From Candidatus Dojkabacteria bacterium (GTDB lineage Bacteria; Patescibacteriota; Dojkabacteria; B142; OLB20), in NCBI GenBank assembly GCA_030583785.1, contig CP129475.1:1042209-1106208 (forward strand): a stretch of 64,000 bases of DNA, in the 5' to 3' direction. A program made the translations under genes and the position numbers. The notes beneath the pieces are model-generated. The model did not search any database. It worked only from the letters and a program-made list of their open reading frames with translations, and had not been told where the DNA came from. This document shows, in pieces, positions 9,183 to 19,994 of this stretch (within the stretch, counting starts at the first letter, position 1; every line of letters starts with the position of its first letter).

Positions 9183-9650
9183 TTAGAGTTTGTCTGCAGC
9201 TCTTTTTCCAAGCACCATTTCAACTTCTAGTTTTAAGAAGTTCTCTGCTTTTTCGAGCGTATCTTGTTGAAAGCTGTTGAGCTTTTTGTCTTCTTTAGCC
9301 CGTTTTTTTGATAGTGATTTTAAAAAAGCAATAACCCAAGCAGCATCGGTTAAAGAGCCTGATTTCATTTTTAAGTCGATCTCAAGTTCTATTGCCTCAA
9401 GCTCGGAATCTTTGATTCGAAACTGTCTATCTAGTTCTTTAAGAGCATCTTTTACAGCAGCTTTGCTGGAAAGAGTTCTGATTCCAAAATCTGCAAATTT
9501 ATCCATAGGCACTGCTACAGATAAATTGGTGTTTTTAAACTCGATATGGCAATAATTTAAAGACTTGTCTCCAACTTCTTCGAGAGATATATCTGTTACG
9601 GTGCCTGGCCCGTATATGGGATACATTACGGTCAGTCCTTTTTTCAACAT
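9183..9650 (-). CDS. carD: CarD/CdnL-family RNA-polymerase-binding transcription regulator
   Basis: The N-terminus LKKGLTVMYPIYGPGTVTDI...YCHIEFKNTNLSVAVPMDKFADFGIRTL matches the CarD_CdnL_TRCF RNAP-interaction domain pattern. Confidence 0.75.
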   Translation of the reverse strand: MLKKGLTVMYPIYGPGTVTDISLEEVGDKSLNYCHIEFKNTNLSVAVPMDKFADFGIRTLSSKAAVKDALKELDRQFRIKDSELEAIELEIDLKMKSGSLTDAAWVIAFLKSLSKKRAKEDKKLNSFQQDTLEKAENFLKLEVEMVLGKRAADKL

Positions 9651-9762
9651 AATTCCATATTAATAAATTATTCCGGAAACTTTATTGGGGAGTACTCTTC
9701 TATTATACCATAATTTTAAGTAGTAAATTTGTATATCAATAATAGAATTCATTAAGTTATTA

Positions 9763-9792
9763 TTGTAAATAGGTGACATAGCCTGCTATAAT
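9763..9792 (+). promoter_or_regulatory. Candidate sigma70-type promoter for fusA (TTGTAA - 18 nt - TATAAT)
   Basis: Read from the sequence. It lies about 55 nt upstream of the fusA start. Confidence 0.3.
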
Positions 9793-9847
9793 ACACTGCC
9801 TCGAATTTGAGGAATATTGCAATTTCACTTTTTCAAGTCTAAATATT

Positions 9848-12001
9848 ATGGCTAATAAGGTTGACTATAACTCGGTTAAAGATTTGCAGCACTACAGAAA
9901 TATCGGCATTATCGCCCATGTAGATGCTGGTAAAACAACTACCACAGAAAGAATTCTTTACTATACAGGTAAAAAACATACAATCGGCGAAGTTCACGAT
10001 GGTGCATCCGAAATGGACTTCATGGACCAAGAAAAAGAAAGAGGCATTACTATTCAATCAGCTGCTACAACTTGTTTCTGGAGTCTTAACGATGTGCTTT
10101 ACAGAATCAATATTATCGATACTCCAGGTCATGTAGATTTCACTGCAGAAGTCGAAAGATCTCTTCGGGTTCTCGACGGAGCAGTTGTCATCTTCGACGG
10201 TAAAATGGGTGTAGAACCACAATCCAGTAAGGTATGGGGACAGGCAGACAAATATAATGTACCTAGAATGTGTTTCGTTAATAAGCTCAATCTTGTTGGA
10301 GGTAGCTTCGATATGAGTCTTAAATCCATTCAAGAAGAGCTAAGCGATGATGCCGTCGCAATTACATATCCTATCGGAATTGAGCACGAACTTCGTGGAT
10401 ATGTTGACCTTATCACCATGAAAGCCTATGAGTATGCAGAAGGTTCAGATAAACAAGAGTTTAAAGAAATCGAAATACCAGCAGACATTAAAGATAGAGT
10501 TCACGAATTACACGAAAAGTTGGTCGAAAAGCTTGCAGAAGCAGATGATGTCCTAATGGAAAAATATCTCGAAGATGGAGTGCTAGAAGTTGAAGAAATG
10601 TATACAGCACTGCGCATCCTTACTCTTGCCAGAAAAGTATTCCCAGTCACAGGCGGAGACTCCAGAATGGCAGACACAAAGGTTCTTCTTAATAATATTG
10701 TCAGATATCTTCCTTCTCCTTATCAAAAGGTTTATGCCTACGAAAATGCAGAAACCGGAGAAATGGAAGAATATACAGGTCAAATCGTTGGAATTAATCC
10801 TGACAACGACGAAAAAGTTGTTTGGGATGTTTCTGATACATCAGAATTCTGCGGTCTTGTCTTTAAAATTGCCGTAGATCCTCATGTCGGTCAAATTGCA
10901 TTTGCTCGTGTCTATAGCGGAAAGCTTGATGCCGGAAGTTTCGTTTATAACTCATCCAGAAGAAAGAAGGAAAGAATCGGAAGACTTCTTATGATGCACG
11001 CTAACGACAGAGAAGATATAACTTCAGTTAGAGCCGGAGACATTGTCGCCATTGTTGGACTTAAAGAGTCGTACACTGGAAACACAATATGTAGCGACTC
11101 TAAACCAATTTTAGTTGAAAGTATCGATTTCCCAGATCCAGTTGTTAGCTTGGCAATCGAGCCAAAAACAAAATCTGACCAAGAAAAAATGGGAGAAGCA
11201 TTACGCAAACTCATGCAAGAAGATCCAACCTTTAAAGCAGAGTCAGATAAAGAAACTGGACAAACAATTATTATGGGAATGGGAGAACTTCATCTTGATA
11301 TCAAAGTTGATATCATGAGAAGAACATACGGAATAGATGTCATTACCGGTGCTCCACAAGTTGCCTATCGCGAAACCATAGAAGTCGAAACAGAACACCA
11401 TGAACTCCTCAAAAAACAAACCGGAGGTTCTGGACAATTTGCTGACATTACTATTGTAGTTATGCCTCAAGAAAGAGGGAAAGGTTACGAGTTCATCAAC
11501 GAAATTAAAGGGGGAGCAATTCCTATGGAATTTATTCCATCAGTAGATAAAGGAATTCAAGAATCTCTACATAGTGGAGTACTTGGCGGATATCCCGTAG
11601 TTGATGTGGCAGTTAGATTAACAGATGGTTCTTACCACGAAGTTGACTCAAATACTGATACATTTAGAATTGCCGGATCAAGAGGCTTTAAAGAAGCTTG
11701 CAGAAAAGCCAAGCCAATCTTGCTCGAACCTATAATGAAGGTTGTCGTTACAACTCCAGATGATTACGCTGGAGATGTTACAGGTGCGCTATCATCAAAA
11801 AGAGGAGTAATTAAAGGAATGAATCCTAAAGGTAAGGTGCAAGAAATCACAGCATATGTTCCACTTGCAAATATGTTTGGCTGGATTAACGATTTAAGGT
11901 CTATGTCTAAAGGAAAAGCCAATAGTGTCATGGAATTTGGACACTACGAGAAGGTACCTGAGAATATAACTAACGAAGTACTTGGGGTTAAGACTAAATA
12001 A
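9848..12001 (+). CDS. fusA: Elongation factor G
   Basis: The G-domain AHVDAGKTTTTERIL, DTPGHVDF and NKLD. Full-length EF-G domain order is present. Confidence 0.97.
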   Translation: MANKVDYNSVKDLQHYRNIGIIAHVDAGKTTTTERILYYTGKKHTIGEVHDGASEMDFMDQEKERGITIQSAATTCFWSLNDVLYRINIIDTPGHVDFTAEVERSLRVLDGAVVIFDGKMGVEPQSSKVWGQADKYNVPRMCFVNKLNLVGGSFDMSLKSIQEELSDDAVAITYPIGIEHELRGYVDLITMKAYEYAEGSDKQEFKEIEIPADIKDRVHELHEKLVEKLAEADDVLMEKYLEDGVLEVEEMYTALRILTLARKVFPVTGGDSRMADTKVLLNNIVRYLPSPYQKVYAYENAETGEMEEYTGQIVGINPDNDEKVVWDVSDTSEFCGLVFKIAVDPHVGQIAFARVYSGKLDAGSFVYNSSRRKKERIGRLLMMHANDREDITSVRAGDIVAIVGLKESYTGNTICSDSKPILVESIDFPDPVVSLAIEPKTKSDQEKMGEALRKLMQEDPTFKAESDKETGQTIIMGMGELHLDIKVDIMRRTYGIDVITGAPQVAYRETIEVETEHHELLKKQTGGSGQFADITIVVMPQERGKGYEFINEIKGGAIPMEFIPSVDKGIQESLHSGVLGGYPVVDVAVRLTDGSYHEVDSNTDTFRIAGSRGFKEACRKAKPILLEPIMKVVVTTPDDYAGDVTGALSSKRGVIKGMNPKGKVQEITAYVPLANMFGWINDLRSMSKGKANSVMEFGHYEKVPENITNEVLGVKTK

Positions 12002-12028
12002 TTTTTTTAGCAAAGAATAGCCAAAAGC

Positions 12029-12057
12029 ATTGCACTAAATGGTAAAATTTGCTATAA
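12029..12057 (+). promoter_or_regulatory. Candidate promoter for tuf (TTGCAC - 17 nt - TATAAA)
   Basis: Read from the sequence in the 196-nt fusA-tuf spacer. Confidence 0.3.
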
Positions 12058-12196
12058 AGACTACTCAAGTTGTAGTATTAACTGCTTGTTGCCTTATTGA
12101 GTGATTACTTTTTTGTATTCTGCCCAATCCATCTGGCAGAGAAGTAAATACTCAATCGGTACAAGCTTTGTAATTTTAATTCTGTATTAACATACA

Positions 12197-13393
12197 ATGG
12201 CAGATAAAAAGTTTGAGAGAACAAAGCCTCATGTTAATGTCGGTACACTTGGTCATATTGACCACGGTAAAACAACATTAACTGCTGCTCTTATCGCTTA
12301 TGCAAAGCGATCCGGTCGAATTTCTTCAGAAAAAGGTTACGAAGAAATTGCCAAAGGTGGAGTCGTTCGTGACAAAACCAAAATTGTTACAGTTGCTTCA
12401 TCACATGTCGAGTACGAATCAGAAAAAAGGCACTATGCCCATATCGATTGTCCTGGACACAAAGATTACATTAAAAACATGATCACCGGTGCCGCCCAGA
12501 TGGATGGTGCAATTCTTGTTGTATCTGCAACTGATGGTCCAATGCCTCAAACAAAAGAGCATATCATTCTTGCAAGACAGGTTGGTGTTCAATACTTGGT
12601 AGTCTTTATCAATGTCTTCGATGACAGTATGGACGAAGATCTACTTATGCTTGTAGAAGAAGAGATCAGAGATCTACTTAGTAAGTACGAATACCCAGGC
12701 GACAAAATTAAAGTTGTTAAGGGTAGCGCACTTAAGGGATTAAACGGTGGCGACGAAGGAGATGCAACCATGAAAGAACTTATGGATGCATTAGATGTAG
12801 AAGTACCAGATCCAGTTCGCGAAATTGACAAACCATTCTTAATGTCAGTAGAAGATGTTTTCTCTATCGAAGGTAGAGGTACAGTTGCTACAGGTAGAAT
12901 CGAAAGAGGAGTTGTCAAAGTCGGAGAAGATGTCGAACAAATCGGTCTTGCAGAAGATGTTAAGAAATTAACAATCACTGGAGTAGAAATGTTCAACAAA
13001 CAGTTAGACGAAGGTCAAGCTGGAGACAATGTCGGTCTTCTAATCAGAGGTATTAAAAGAGACGAAATTAAAAGAGGTCAAGTTCTTGCTAAACCAGGAT
13101 CAATCAAACCTCATACAGAATTCGAAGCAGAAGCCTATATTCTTTCCAAAGATGAAGGTGGAAGACATACTGCATTCTTTACTGGATACAAACCACAGTT
13201 CTATATCAGAACAGCTGATGTTACTGGAGATGTTACACTTCCAGAAGGAACAGAAATGGTTATGCCTGGCGATAATGCAACTTTCGTAGTCAAGCTAAAT
13301 ACACAAGCTGCTATCGAAGAAAAGATGCGCTTCGCAATTCGTGAAGGTGGCAGAACAGTAGGAGCTGGTGTTGTTACAAAGGTGATTAAATAA
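12197..13393 (+). CDS. tuf: Elongation factor Tu
   Basis: [21 protein letters not shown], and an NKxD-equivalent. 398 aa. Confidence 0.97.
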   Translation: MADKKFERTKPHVNVGTLGHIDHGKTTLTAALIAYAKRSGRISSEKGYEEIAKGGVVRDKTKIVTVASSHVEYESEKRHYAHIDCPGHKDYIKNMITGAAQMDGAILVVSATDGPMPQTKEHIILARQVGVQYLVVFINVFDDSMDEDLLMLVEEEIRDLLSKYEYPGDKIKVVKGSALKGLNGGDEGDATMKELMDALDVEVPDPVREIDKPFLMSVEDVFSIEGRGTVATGRIERGVVKVGEDVEQIGLAEDVKKLTITGVEMFNKQLDEGQAGDNVGLLIRGIKRDEIKRGQVLAKPGSIKPHTEFEAEAYILSKDEGGRHTAFFTGYKPQFYIRTADVTGDVTLPEGTEMVMPGDNATFVVKLNTQAAIEEKMRFAIREGGRTVGAGVVTKVIK

Positions 13394-13404
13394 ATGATTT
13401 TACT

Positions 13405-13433
13405 AAGGGGAGGTTGCAACGCCTCCCCTTTAG
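13405..13433 (+). terminator. Hairpin AAGGGGAGG-TTGCAACG-CCTCCCCTT between tuf and rpsJ. Probably a leaky terminator or attenuator, since its U-tract is weak.
   Basis: A 9-bp GC-rich stem followed only by TTT. Its position is analogous to an S10-leader attenuator. Confidence 0.4.
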
Positions 13434-13446
13434 ATCAACTAATAAA

Positions 13447-13746
13447 ATGCAGAGAATAAGAATCAAAATAAAAGGATATGACAGCAAAGTGGTTGACAAA
13501 GCCACAGAGCAAATAATTGATACAGCAGTTAGAACAGGTGCTAAGACTTTTGGCCCTATTCCTTTGCCTACCAAAAGTCGTCGATTTACTGTCCATAAGT
13601 CACCACATGTGGATAGCAAATCGAAAGATCATTTTGAACTTAATACACATAAAAGGCTTATTGATATTGTAGATCCTACAAGTAAGACAATCGACTCACT
13701 GACCCATCTACAGCTTGCTGCCGGTGTGTGGATAGAGATTAAATAA
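13447..13746 (+). CDS. rpsJ: 30S ribosomal protein S10. The ORF-track start at 13414 adds a spurious 11 aa.
   Basis: MQRIRIKIKGYD...GPIPLPTK...HKRLIDI is canonical S10. Confidence 0.95.
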   Translation: MQRIRIKIKGYDSKVVDKATEQIIDTAVRTGAKTFGPIPLPTKSRRFTVHKSPHVDSKSKDHFELNTHKRLIDIVDPTSKTIDSLTHLQLAAGVWIEIK

Positions 13747-13807
13747 TTTACTAGATAATTAACAGAGTCTTTCGGAATTTACCGAAAAGACAGCTAACCG
13801 AATAATT

Positions 13808-14419
13808 ATGAAAGCAATAATTGGCGAAAAAAAACAAATGACAAGAATCTTCAATGAAGATGGTCAAGTTGTTCCTGTAACAATTATTGATGTTAAAGGA
13901 TCAGTAATAGCCTTAGAAAAAACATTAGACAGAGATGGTTATAATGCCGTAGTTATCGGATTTGGTAAAAAGAATAAAGCAACAAAGGCAGAAACCGGAA
14001 AATACAAAAAACTTGGATTTGTTCCAATGGTTTCTATGGAAGCAAGAGACTTTAAACTAGATGCAGACGCAGGAACAGAATTAAAAGCAGGAATATTTGA
14101 AGTAAACGAAAAAATTGATGTTTCAGGTGTTAGCAAAGGAAAAGGCTTTCAGGGAGTTGTTAAAAAATGGGGTTTTAGCGGAGGACCAAAGACACATGGA
14201 CAATCAGATAGACATAGAGCTGCTGGTTCTATCGGCTCAGGTACTACTCCAGGTAGAGTCTATAAAGGCAAGAAAATGGCAGGAAGAATGGGTGGAGATA
14301 ACAAAACAGTAAAAAATCTTAGAATTGTTGCTATCGACGAAGCTAATGGATTGATTGCAGTTAAGGGTGCAATCCCAGGTGCTAAGGGATCAATAGTTAT
14401 GATTAAATCGGTAAATTAA
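13808..14419 (+). CDS. rplC: 50S ribosomal protein L3
   Basis: Sequence similarity to L3 and its position after S10. Confidence 0.95.
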   Translation: MKAIIGEKKQMTRIFNEDGQVVPVTIIDVKGSVIALEKTLDRDGYNAVVIGFGKKNKATKAETGKYKKLGFVPMVSMEARDFKLDADAGTELKAGIFEVNEKIDVSGVSKGKGFQGVVKKWGFSGGPKTHGQSDRHRAAGSIGSGTTPGRVYKGKKMAGRMGGDNKTVKNLRIVAIDEANGLIAVKGAIPGAKGSIVMIKSVN

Positions 14420-14420
14420 T

Positions 14421-15119
14421 ATGCAAGCTCAAACATTTACAAAAACTGGAACAAAAGCAAAAGAAGCAGTAAAGCTTGATAAGTCTGTCTTCGGAGCAGA
14501 AATTAATCAAGCATTGATTGATCAGTCTGTGTATGTATACTTAAGCAACCAAAGACAGGCTAATGCTCATAGCAAGAATCGTGGAGATGTCAGCGGTGGT
14601 GGAAAGAAACCTTGGAGACAAAAAGGTACAGGCCGTGCAAGACATGGATCAAGCAGAAGTCCAATCTGGACAGGAGGAGGAGTCACATTTGGTCCAACCA
14701 ATAACAGAAACTACAAAAAATCGTTATCTAAAAAAATGAAAAAGGCTGCTATGAGATCAGCACTTTCATACCTACAGGCGAATAATAAGGTATCTGTTTT
14801 TGAAGGATTTGATATCGCAGAAACAAAGAAAACAGCAGGATTAAAAGCAATTCTTAATAAAGCCGGAATAGAAGGCAAAACAATTGTCCTGCAAGGTAAG
14901 CTTGATGACGAACTATTGCTTGCAGCTAGAAACATTAAGTCGATTATTATGAGTCATGTCGGAGAAATTAATGTTTACAGCTTACTTAATGCAGATAATG
15001 TCATAATAATTGAATCCGCTCTAGAAGAAATAACTAACAAATGGGGAGAAAAGCAGGCTGTTGTTAAAGAAGAAAAGCCTAAAGTAGTAAAAGTATCTAA
15101 CAAATCAGAAAAGAAATAA
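14421..15119 (+). CDS. rplD: 50S ribosomal protein L4
   Basis: L4 pattern and its position in the S10 operon. Confidence 0.93.
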   Translation: MQAQTFTKTGTKAKEAVKLDKSVFGAEINQALIDQSVYVYLSNQRQANAHSKNRGDVSGGGKKPWRQKGTGRARHGSSRSPIWTGGGVTFGPTNNRNYKKSLSKKMKKAAMRSALSYLQANNKVSVFEGFDIAETKKTAGLKAILNKAGIEGKTIVLQGKLDDELLLAARNIKSIIMSHVGEINVYSLLNADNVIIIESALEEITNKWGEKQAVVKEEKPKVVKVSNKSEKK

Positions 15120-15121
15120 TT

Positions 15122-15409
15122 ATGAAAGTGGTACTTATCAGACCAATAATTACAGAAAAAACACTTATGCTTGCCGATAAGAATAATCAATTTACTTTTT
15201 TGGTAAATTCTAATGCAGGCAAGATAGAAATAGCTAAAGCAGTAACCGAAAAGTTCAATGTTAGTGTCCTATCAGTTTCTGTTGCTAACACTCTCGGAAA
15301 AAGAGTTAGATTCGGCAAAGCAAGAATAGAAGGACAAAGAGAGACAGCTAAAAAAGCAGTAGTCACTTTGAAAAAAGGAGATAAAATCTCAACTTTTGAA
15401 ATCAAGTAA
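15122..15409 (+). CDS. rplW: 50S ribosomal protein L23
   Basis: Size and position (L4-L23-L2), plus L23-like sequence. Confidence 0.9.
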   Translation: MKVVLIRPIITEKTLMLADKNNQFTFLVNSNAGKIEIAKAVTEKFNVSVLSVSVANTLGKRVRFGKARIEGQRETAKKAVVTLKKGDKISTFEIK

Positions 15410-15411
15410 TA

Positions 15412-16281
15412 ATGGCACTGAAATTATACAAACCAACAACACCAACTAGAAGACACACGATTCTTATAGATCACAGCAGTCTTACTAGGAAACAACCAGA
15501 AAAAAAACTGACAACTAAGATCGGTTACAATGCTGGCAGAAATTCTAGAGGTGTAATCACTATTAGACACAGAGGAGGCAGAGTTAAGAGAAAATACAGG
15601 CTTATTGACTTTGCAAGAGATAAGCATAATATTCCTGCAGTCGTAGAAGCTCTAGAATATGATCCAAATAGAACATCTTTCATTGCTCTATTAAAGTATG
15701 CAGATGGTGAAAGACGCTATATACTTGCACCAAACGGAATAAAAGTCGGGGACAAGCTTATGTCAGGAGACAAGGCAGAAATTAAAGTCGGAAACGCATT
15801 GCCATTAAAAAAGATTCCTGCAGCTACATTTGTACATAATGTTGAAATTCTACCAGGGAAAGGCGGAACGCTTGGAAGATCAGCTGGAACATTCATTCAG
15901 ATACAAGGTGGAGCTAAGGGGTACATTCAATTAAAAATGCCAAGTGGAGAAGTCAGACTTGTAAGAGAAGAATGTTATGCTACAATCGGGTCACTTAGTA
16001 ACGCAGAGAATAAAAACAAGAAACTTGGAAAAGCTGGCAGAAAAAGAAAGATGGGTTTTAGACCTACTGTCAGAGGTGTTGCAATGTCAGGCGGTACTCA
16101 CCCTCACGGAGACGGACAGGGTAAAAGCGGTAGACACGGCACAGGAGGACCAGCAAAAGATAAGTGGGGTAATACAGTTGGTACAAGAACTAGAAAAAAC
16201 AAGAGAACAAATAAATTCATTGTTCACAGAAGACCAAATAAAAAGGGTCGAAAAAGTAAGAAATATAAGACCATAATTTAG
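15412..16281 (+). CDS. rplB: 50S ribosomal protein L2
   Basis: The GGTHPHGDGQGKSG...G L2 signature. Confidence 0.97.
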   Translation: MALKLYKPTTPTRRHTILIDHSSLTRKQPEKKLTTKIGYNAGRNSRGVITIRHRGGRVKRKYRLIDFARDKHNIPAVVEALEYDPNRTSFIALLKYADGERRYILAPNGIKVGDKLMSGDKAEIKVGNALPLKKIPAATFVHNVEILPGKGGTLGRSAGTFIQIQGGAKGYIQLKMPSGEVRLVREECYATIGSLSNAENKNKKLGKAGRKRKMGFRPTVRGVAMSGGTHPHGDGQGKSGRHGTGGPAKDKWGNTVGTRTRKNKRTNKFIVHRRPNKKGRKSKKYKTII

Positions 16282-16293
16282 TAATAACATAGA

Positions 16294-16602
16294 ATGTCTA
16301 GATCAAGTAAAAAAGGGCCATTTGTTGACGAAAAGCTCGTAAAAAAAATTCATAAAATGAAGCAGACAGCTAAACATATGCCAATCAAAACTTGGGCAAG
16401 ATCTTCATCGATCTCTCCTGAGATGGTAGGTTTAACTTTCGAAGTTCATAACGGAAAAGAATTTATTAAAGTATTTGTTACAGAGTCCATGGTCGGTCAC
16501 AAGCTTGGGGAGTTTTCCTTGACTCGCAAATTCCAGGGTCACAGTAAAAAAGGTAAAATCGCTAAAGCAACCGGTACTGGTGGAAGAGTATTATCTGAAT
16601 AA
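16294..16602 (+). CDS. rpsS: 30S ribosomal protein S19
   Basis: [15 protein letters not shown]...[23 protein letters not shown]. Confidence 0.97.
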   Translation: MSRSSKKGPFVDEKLVKKIHKMKQTAKHMPIKTWARSSSISPEMVGLTFEVHNGKEFIKVFVTESMVGHKLGEFSLTRKFQGHSKKGKIAKATGTGGRVLSE

Positions 16603-17078
16603 TGAACAATACAGTTTACGCTAAAACAAAATATGTCAGAATGTCTGCACAAAAGGTCAGACTTGTGGTGGATATGGTCAGAGGAAAGAATGCACTAGAA
16701 GCACTTGTAGAACTTAAGTTCGTTAACAAGTACGCAGCATTACCAGTGATTAAAACTATCGAATCTGCTGTTGCAAACGCAGTAAACAACGACGATGCAG
16801 ACAGAAAATCTCTAGTTATCGTTGAAGCTTTTGTTAACGAGGCTCCAACATTTAAACGAGGAAGAGCTGTCTCAAAGGGCCGATATCACAAAATTCTTAA
16901 GAGAAACAGCCATATTATAATTGGTGTTTCAGATCAAAAAAAAGAAGATACAAAGAAAGTAAAGAAAGAAGTAGCACCAGAAGCAAAGGTCGAAGTTAAA
17001 GAAATCAAGAAAAAATCAGAAACAAAAACAAAGTCAAAAGCTAAATCTAATTCTAATTCTAAGAAGAAACAAGACTAA
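16602..17078 (+). CDS. rplV: 50S ribosomal protein L22 with a Lys-rich C-terminal extension
   Basis: L22 core; the start overlaps the S19 stop (TAATG). Confidence 0.93.
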   Translation: MNNTVYAKTKYVRMSAQKVRLVVDMVRGKNALEALVELKFVNKYAALPVIKTIESAVANAVNNDDADRKSLVIVEAFVNEAPTFKRGRAVSKGRYHKILKRNSHIIIGVSDQKKEDTKKVKKEVAPEAKVEVKEIKKKSETKTKSKAKSNSNSKKKQD

Positions 17079-17728
17079 TGGGTCAAAAAGTAAACGCACA
17101 TGGATTCAGGTTAGGAGTTAATAAAGGCTGGAATTCAGTGTGGTACGCACCAAAAGATCAATACGCAGACTTACTTCTTGAAGATGTCAAAGTCAGGGAG
17201 TTTATTCGTGAGAAACTGCAGAATGCAGGTGTAGATACCGTAAAAATCAAAAGATCAATGAATAGAATTACAATAGAAGTTACGGTTGCCAGACCAGGAG
17301 TTGTTATTGGTAGAGGCGGAGCAAGTATCGAGGATCTAAAAAAGAAAGTTAGCAGAATGGTTAAGGGCGATGTAGATTTGAAAATCTTTGAAGCCAAAAG
17401 ACCAGAAACACTTGCCAGATTAATTGCAGAAAATGTAAAAAATCAGGTTGCCAGGCGTATAGTTCCCAAATATGCTATGAGCAGAGAAATCGAAAACGCT
17501 AGGAATTCTGGACAAGTTAAAGGAATTAGAATTTGGGTCAGTGGAAGAATTAAAGGTGCAGAAATTGCCAGAACAGAAAAATCACAATGGGGATCAATTC
17601 CATTGCAGACTCTTAGAGCAGATATTGATTATGCATTCACAGAAGCCCAGGTGCCAAACGCCGGTAAGCATGGTATTAAAGTCTGGGTATATACAGGTGA
17701 AAAAATGGGAATAGAGGATTCTGAATAG
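17078..17728 (+). CDS. rpsC: 30S ribosomal protein S3
   Basis: MGQKVNAHGFRLGVNKGWNSVWYA with a KH domain. Confidence 0.97.
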   Translation: MGQKVNAHGFRLGVNKGWNSVWYAPKDQYADLLLEDVKVREFIREKLQNAGVDTVKIKRSMNRITIEVTVARPGVVIGRGGASIEDLKKKVSRMVKGDVDLKIFEAKRPETLARLIAENVKNQVARRIVPKYAMSREIENARNSGQVKGIRIWVSGRIKGAEIARTEKSQWGSIPLQTLRADIDYAFTEAQVPNAGKHGIKVWVYTGEKMGIEDSE

Positions 17729-17746
17729 TTAGTTAAATAAGAAATT

Positions 17747-18154
17747 ATGTTACAACCAAGGAAAACAAAACATAGAAAAGAATTCAGAGGCCAAATGAAA
17801 GGTCAGGCTATGAAGGGAAACAAAGTTACCGTAGGTGACTTTGGACTACAAGCCACTACCAGAAGCTGGATTAATGGGAGACAAATAGAAGCAGCTAGAA
17901 AAGTAATCGTTCGCGAGATGAAAAGAAAAGGTAAGCTGTGGATCAGAATCTTTCCACATAAACCATATACCAAGAAACCAGCAGAAGTAAGAATGGGTAA
18001 GGGTAAAGGTGATGTAGAAGGTTATGTAGCAGTTGTCAAACCAGGAAGAGTTATGTTTGAAATCGGTGGAGTTACAGAAGAAACAGCTCATGAAGCTCTC
18101 AGAAAAGCAGCTCAGAAGCTACCGGTTTTAACAAAAATAATTGAAAAGAATTAA
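17747..18154 (+). CDS. rplP: 50S ribosomal protein L16
   Basis: [15 protein letters not shown]... is canonical L16. Confidence 0.97.
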   Translation: MLQPRKTKHRKEFRGQMKGQAMKGNKVTVGDFGLQATTRSWINGRQIEAARKVIVREMKRKGKLWIRIFPHKPYTKKPAEVRMGKGKGDVEGYVAVVKPGRVMFEIGGVTEETAHEALRKAAQKLPVLTKIIEKN

Positions 18155-18156
18155 TC

Positions 18157-18429
18157 ATGAAATCAAAAGAGCTAATTAAGCAAACAAAATCACAATTGCA
18201 AAATAGATTGGCAGACAAAAAGAATGAGCTTGCATCTGTTTTGTATGATATAAAGATTGGTCAAGAAACCAACTTTAGTGTTACCAGAAAGATTAGAAAA
18301 GAAATAGCTCGAATAATGACAGCTCTAAACATGAATACTTTTAGTAAAGAAGAAGTTACTGAACCTAAAGAAACAAGTAAAAAAGATAGCAAAAAGGTGT
18401 CTAAATCTGATAAAATCACGAAGTCCTAA
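18157..18429 (+). CDS. rpmC: 50S ribosomal protein L29 with a K/S-rich C-terminal tail
   Basis: Size, position (L16-L29-S17) and L29-like helical sequence. Confidence 0.85.
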   Translation: MKSKELIKQTKSQLQNRLADKKNELASVLYDIKIGQETNFSVTRKIRKEIARIMTALNMNTFSKEEVTEPKETSKKDSKKVSKSDKITKS

Positions 18430-18437
18430 ACATAATA

Positions 18438-18719
18438 ATGAAAGCAGATAAAAGAAAAACAACAACAGAAAATCGAAAACCTAAGTGGTTCGTAGGTGAA
18501 GTCGTAAAGAATTCAGCAGAGAATACTATTGTAGTAAAGGTTGAATCTAAATATGCACATCCAAAATATGGAAAAATCATTAAAGTGCATAAAACATATC
18601 AGGCACACTGTGAAGATAAAACTGTTACAGTCGGTGATATCGTTATGATCGAAGAAGGTAGACCAGTAAGTAGACATAAGTCATTCTATTTTAGAAACAA
18701 GGTAGAGAAGAAAAGCTAA
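18438..18719 (+). CDS. rpsQ: 30S ribosomal protein S17
   Basis: S17 OB-fold pattern ([17 protein letters not shown]...). Confidence 0.92.
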   Translation: MKADKRKTTTENRKPKWFVGEVVKNSAENTIVVKVESKYAHPKYGKIIKVHKTYQAHCEDKTVTVGDIVMIEEGRPVSRHKSFYFRNKVEKKS

Positions 18720-19102
18720 TGGTACAATCATTATCCAGATTAAAAGTTGCAGATAATAGCGGTGCCAAAGAAATCATGGTTATTCAGGTTCTAGGCAGAA
18801 AAAAGGGTGGTATGTATCAAAGATATGCTCATGTTGGTGACATTGTGAGTGCATCTGTAAAGAAAGCTCTTCCAAACGGAAACATGACACCAGGTGATGT
18901 CGTACACGCTGTCATTGTTAGAACAACAAAAGAGACAAGAAGAAAAGATGGCTCATATATTCGGTTTGACGACAATGCAGCAGTAATAATTGATAAAGAT
19001 AAAAAAGATCCAAAAGCAACTCGTATTTTTGGACCTGTTGCTCGAGAACTCAGAGAAAAAGGATTTATGAAAATTGTTAGTTTAGCACCAGAGGTACTGT
19101 AA
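18719..19102 (+). CDS. rplN: 50S ribosomal protein L14
   Basis: [24 protein letters not shown] is canonical L14. Confidence 0.97.
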   Translation: MVQSLSRLKVADNSGAKEIMVIQVLGRKKGGMYQRYAHVGDIVSASVKKALPNGNMTPGDVVHAVIVRTTKETRRKDGSYIRFDDNAAVIIDKDKKDPKATRIFGPVARELREKGFMKIVSLAPEVL

Positions 19103-19407
19103 TGAAAATTAAAAAAGGAGACACAGTAAAAGTAATAACAGGAAAAGAAAAAGGCAAAACCGGAAAAGTTAACAGAGTATTTCGTGAAAGCGAAAGAGTT
19201 GTTGTAGAGGGTGTGAATATTGCAAAGAGGCACAGAAAAGCAACTTCGCAAAATACAAAATCAGGAATAATTGAATTTGAATCACCAATCGCAATTTCCA
19301 ATGTGATGCTGATCGACTCTAAGACTGGTAAAACAAGTAGAGTCGGATTCAAGTTTGAAAACAATAAAAAATTTCGTGTAGCTAAGAAATCAGGAGAGAA
19401 AATATAA
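19102..19407 (+). CDS. rplX: 50S ribosomal protein L24
   Basis: [23 protein letters not shown] is the KOW domain of L24. Confidence 0.95.
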   Translation: MKIKKGDTVKVITGKEKGKTGKVNRVFRESERVVVEGVNIAKRHRKATSQNTKSGIIEFESPIAISNVMLIDSKTGKTSRVGFKFENNKKFRVAKKSGEKI

Positions 19408-19985
19408 TGTCCAAAGATAAATCAAGACTACAACTTAAGTACGAAAACGAAATAAGACAAGATTTAATGAAAGAGCTTGGTATAACTAATGTTATGGCTG
19501 CTCCAACAGTAACCAAAATTGTTGTAAACTCAGGACTTGGAGAAGCAAAAGTTGATCATGGAGTAATCGATGAAATGGTCAGAGATATTGCATTAATTAC
19601 AGGTCAAAAGCCAGTAGTTACTCGAAGTAGAAAAGCAATATCAAACTTTAAAATCAGAGAAAACATGGATATCGGAGTTAAAGTCACACTCAGAAATGAT
19701 ATGATGTGGCATTTTCTAGATAGACTTATTTCGATTTCTTTACCTAGAATCAGAGACTTCAGGGGAATATCTGACAGAGCTTTTGACAAGAAAGGAAATT
19801 ATTCTTTAGGAATCAAAGAGCATACTGTTTTCCCAGAGGTTGATGCTACAAAAGTTTCTAAGCTTAGAGGTTTGCAGATAATAATTAATACATCTGCAAG
19901 GAACGATAACGATGCTCTACTTCTCTTAAAGAAGCTTGGAATGCCTTTTGTTAAAAGAGAGAAAAAAAATAATCAAGCTGAATAA
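19407..19985 (+). CDS. rplE: 50S ribosomal protein L5
   Basis: L5 pattern and its position in the spc operon. Confidence 0.95.
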   Translation: MSKDKSRLQLKYENEIRQDLMKELGITNVMAAPTVTKIVVNSGLGEAKVDHGVIDEMVRDIALITGQKPVVTRSRKAISNFKIRENMDIGVKVTLRNDMMWHFLDRLISISLPRIRDFRGISDRAFDKKGNYSLGIKEHTVFPEVDATKVSKLRGLQIIINTSARNDNDALLLLKKLGMPFVKREKKNNQAE

Positions 19986-19994
19986 TAAATAACA

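Noticed and set aside
12135-12160. Hairpin TCTGCC-CAATCCAT-CTGGCAGA in the tuf 5' leader as a regulatory element
   Set aside because: Short stem with a large loop and no adjacent U-tract or recognisable motif. This is insufficient evidence.
13414-13446. N-terminal extensions in the ORF track for rpsJ (13414), rplF (20593), rpsE (21501) and infA (24921)
   Set aside because: In each case an internal Met reproduces the canonical protein N-terminus and avoids overlap with the upstream gene. The extra residues have no homology.
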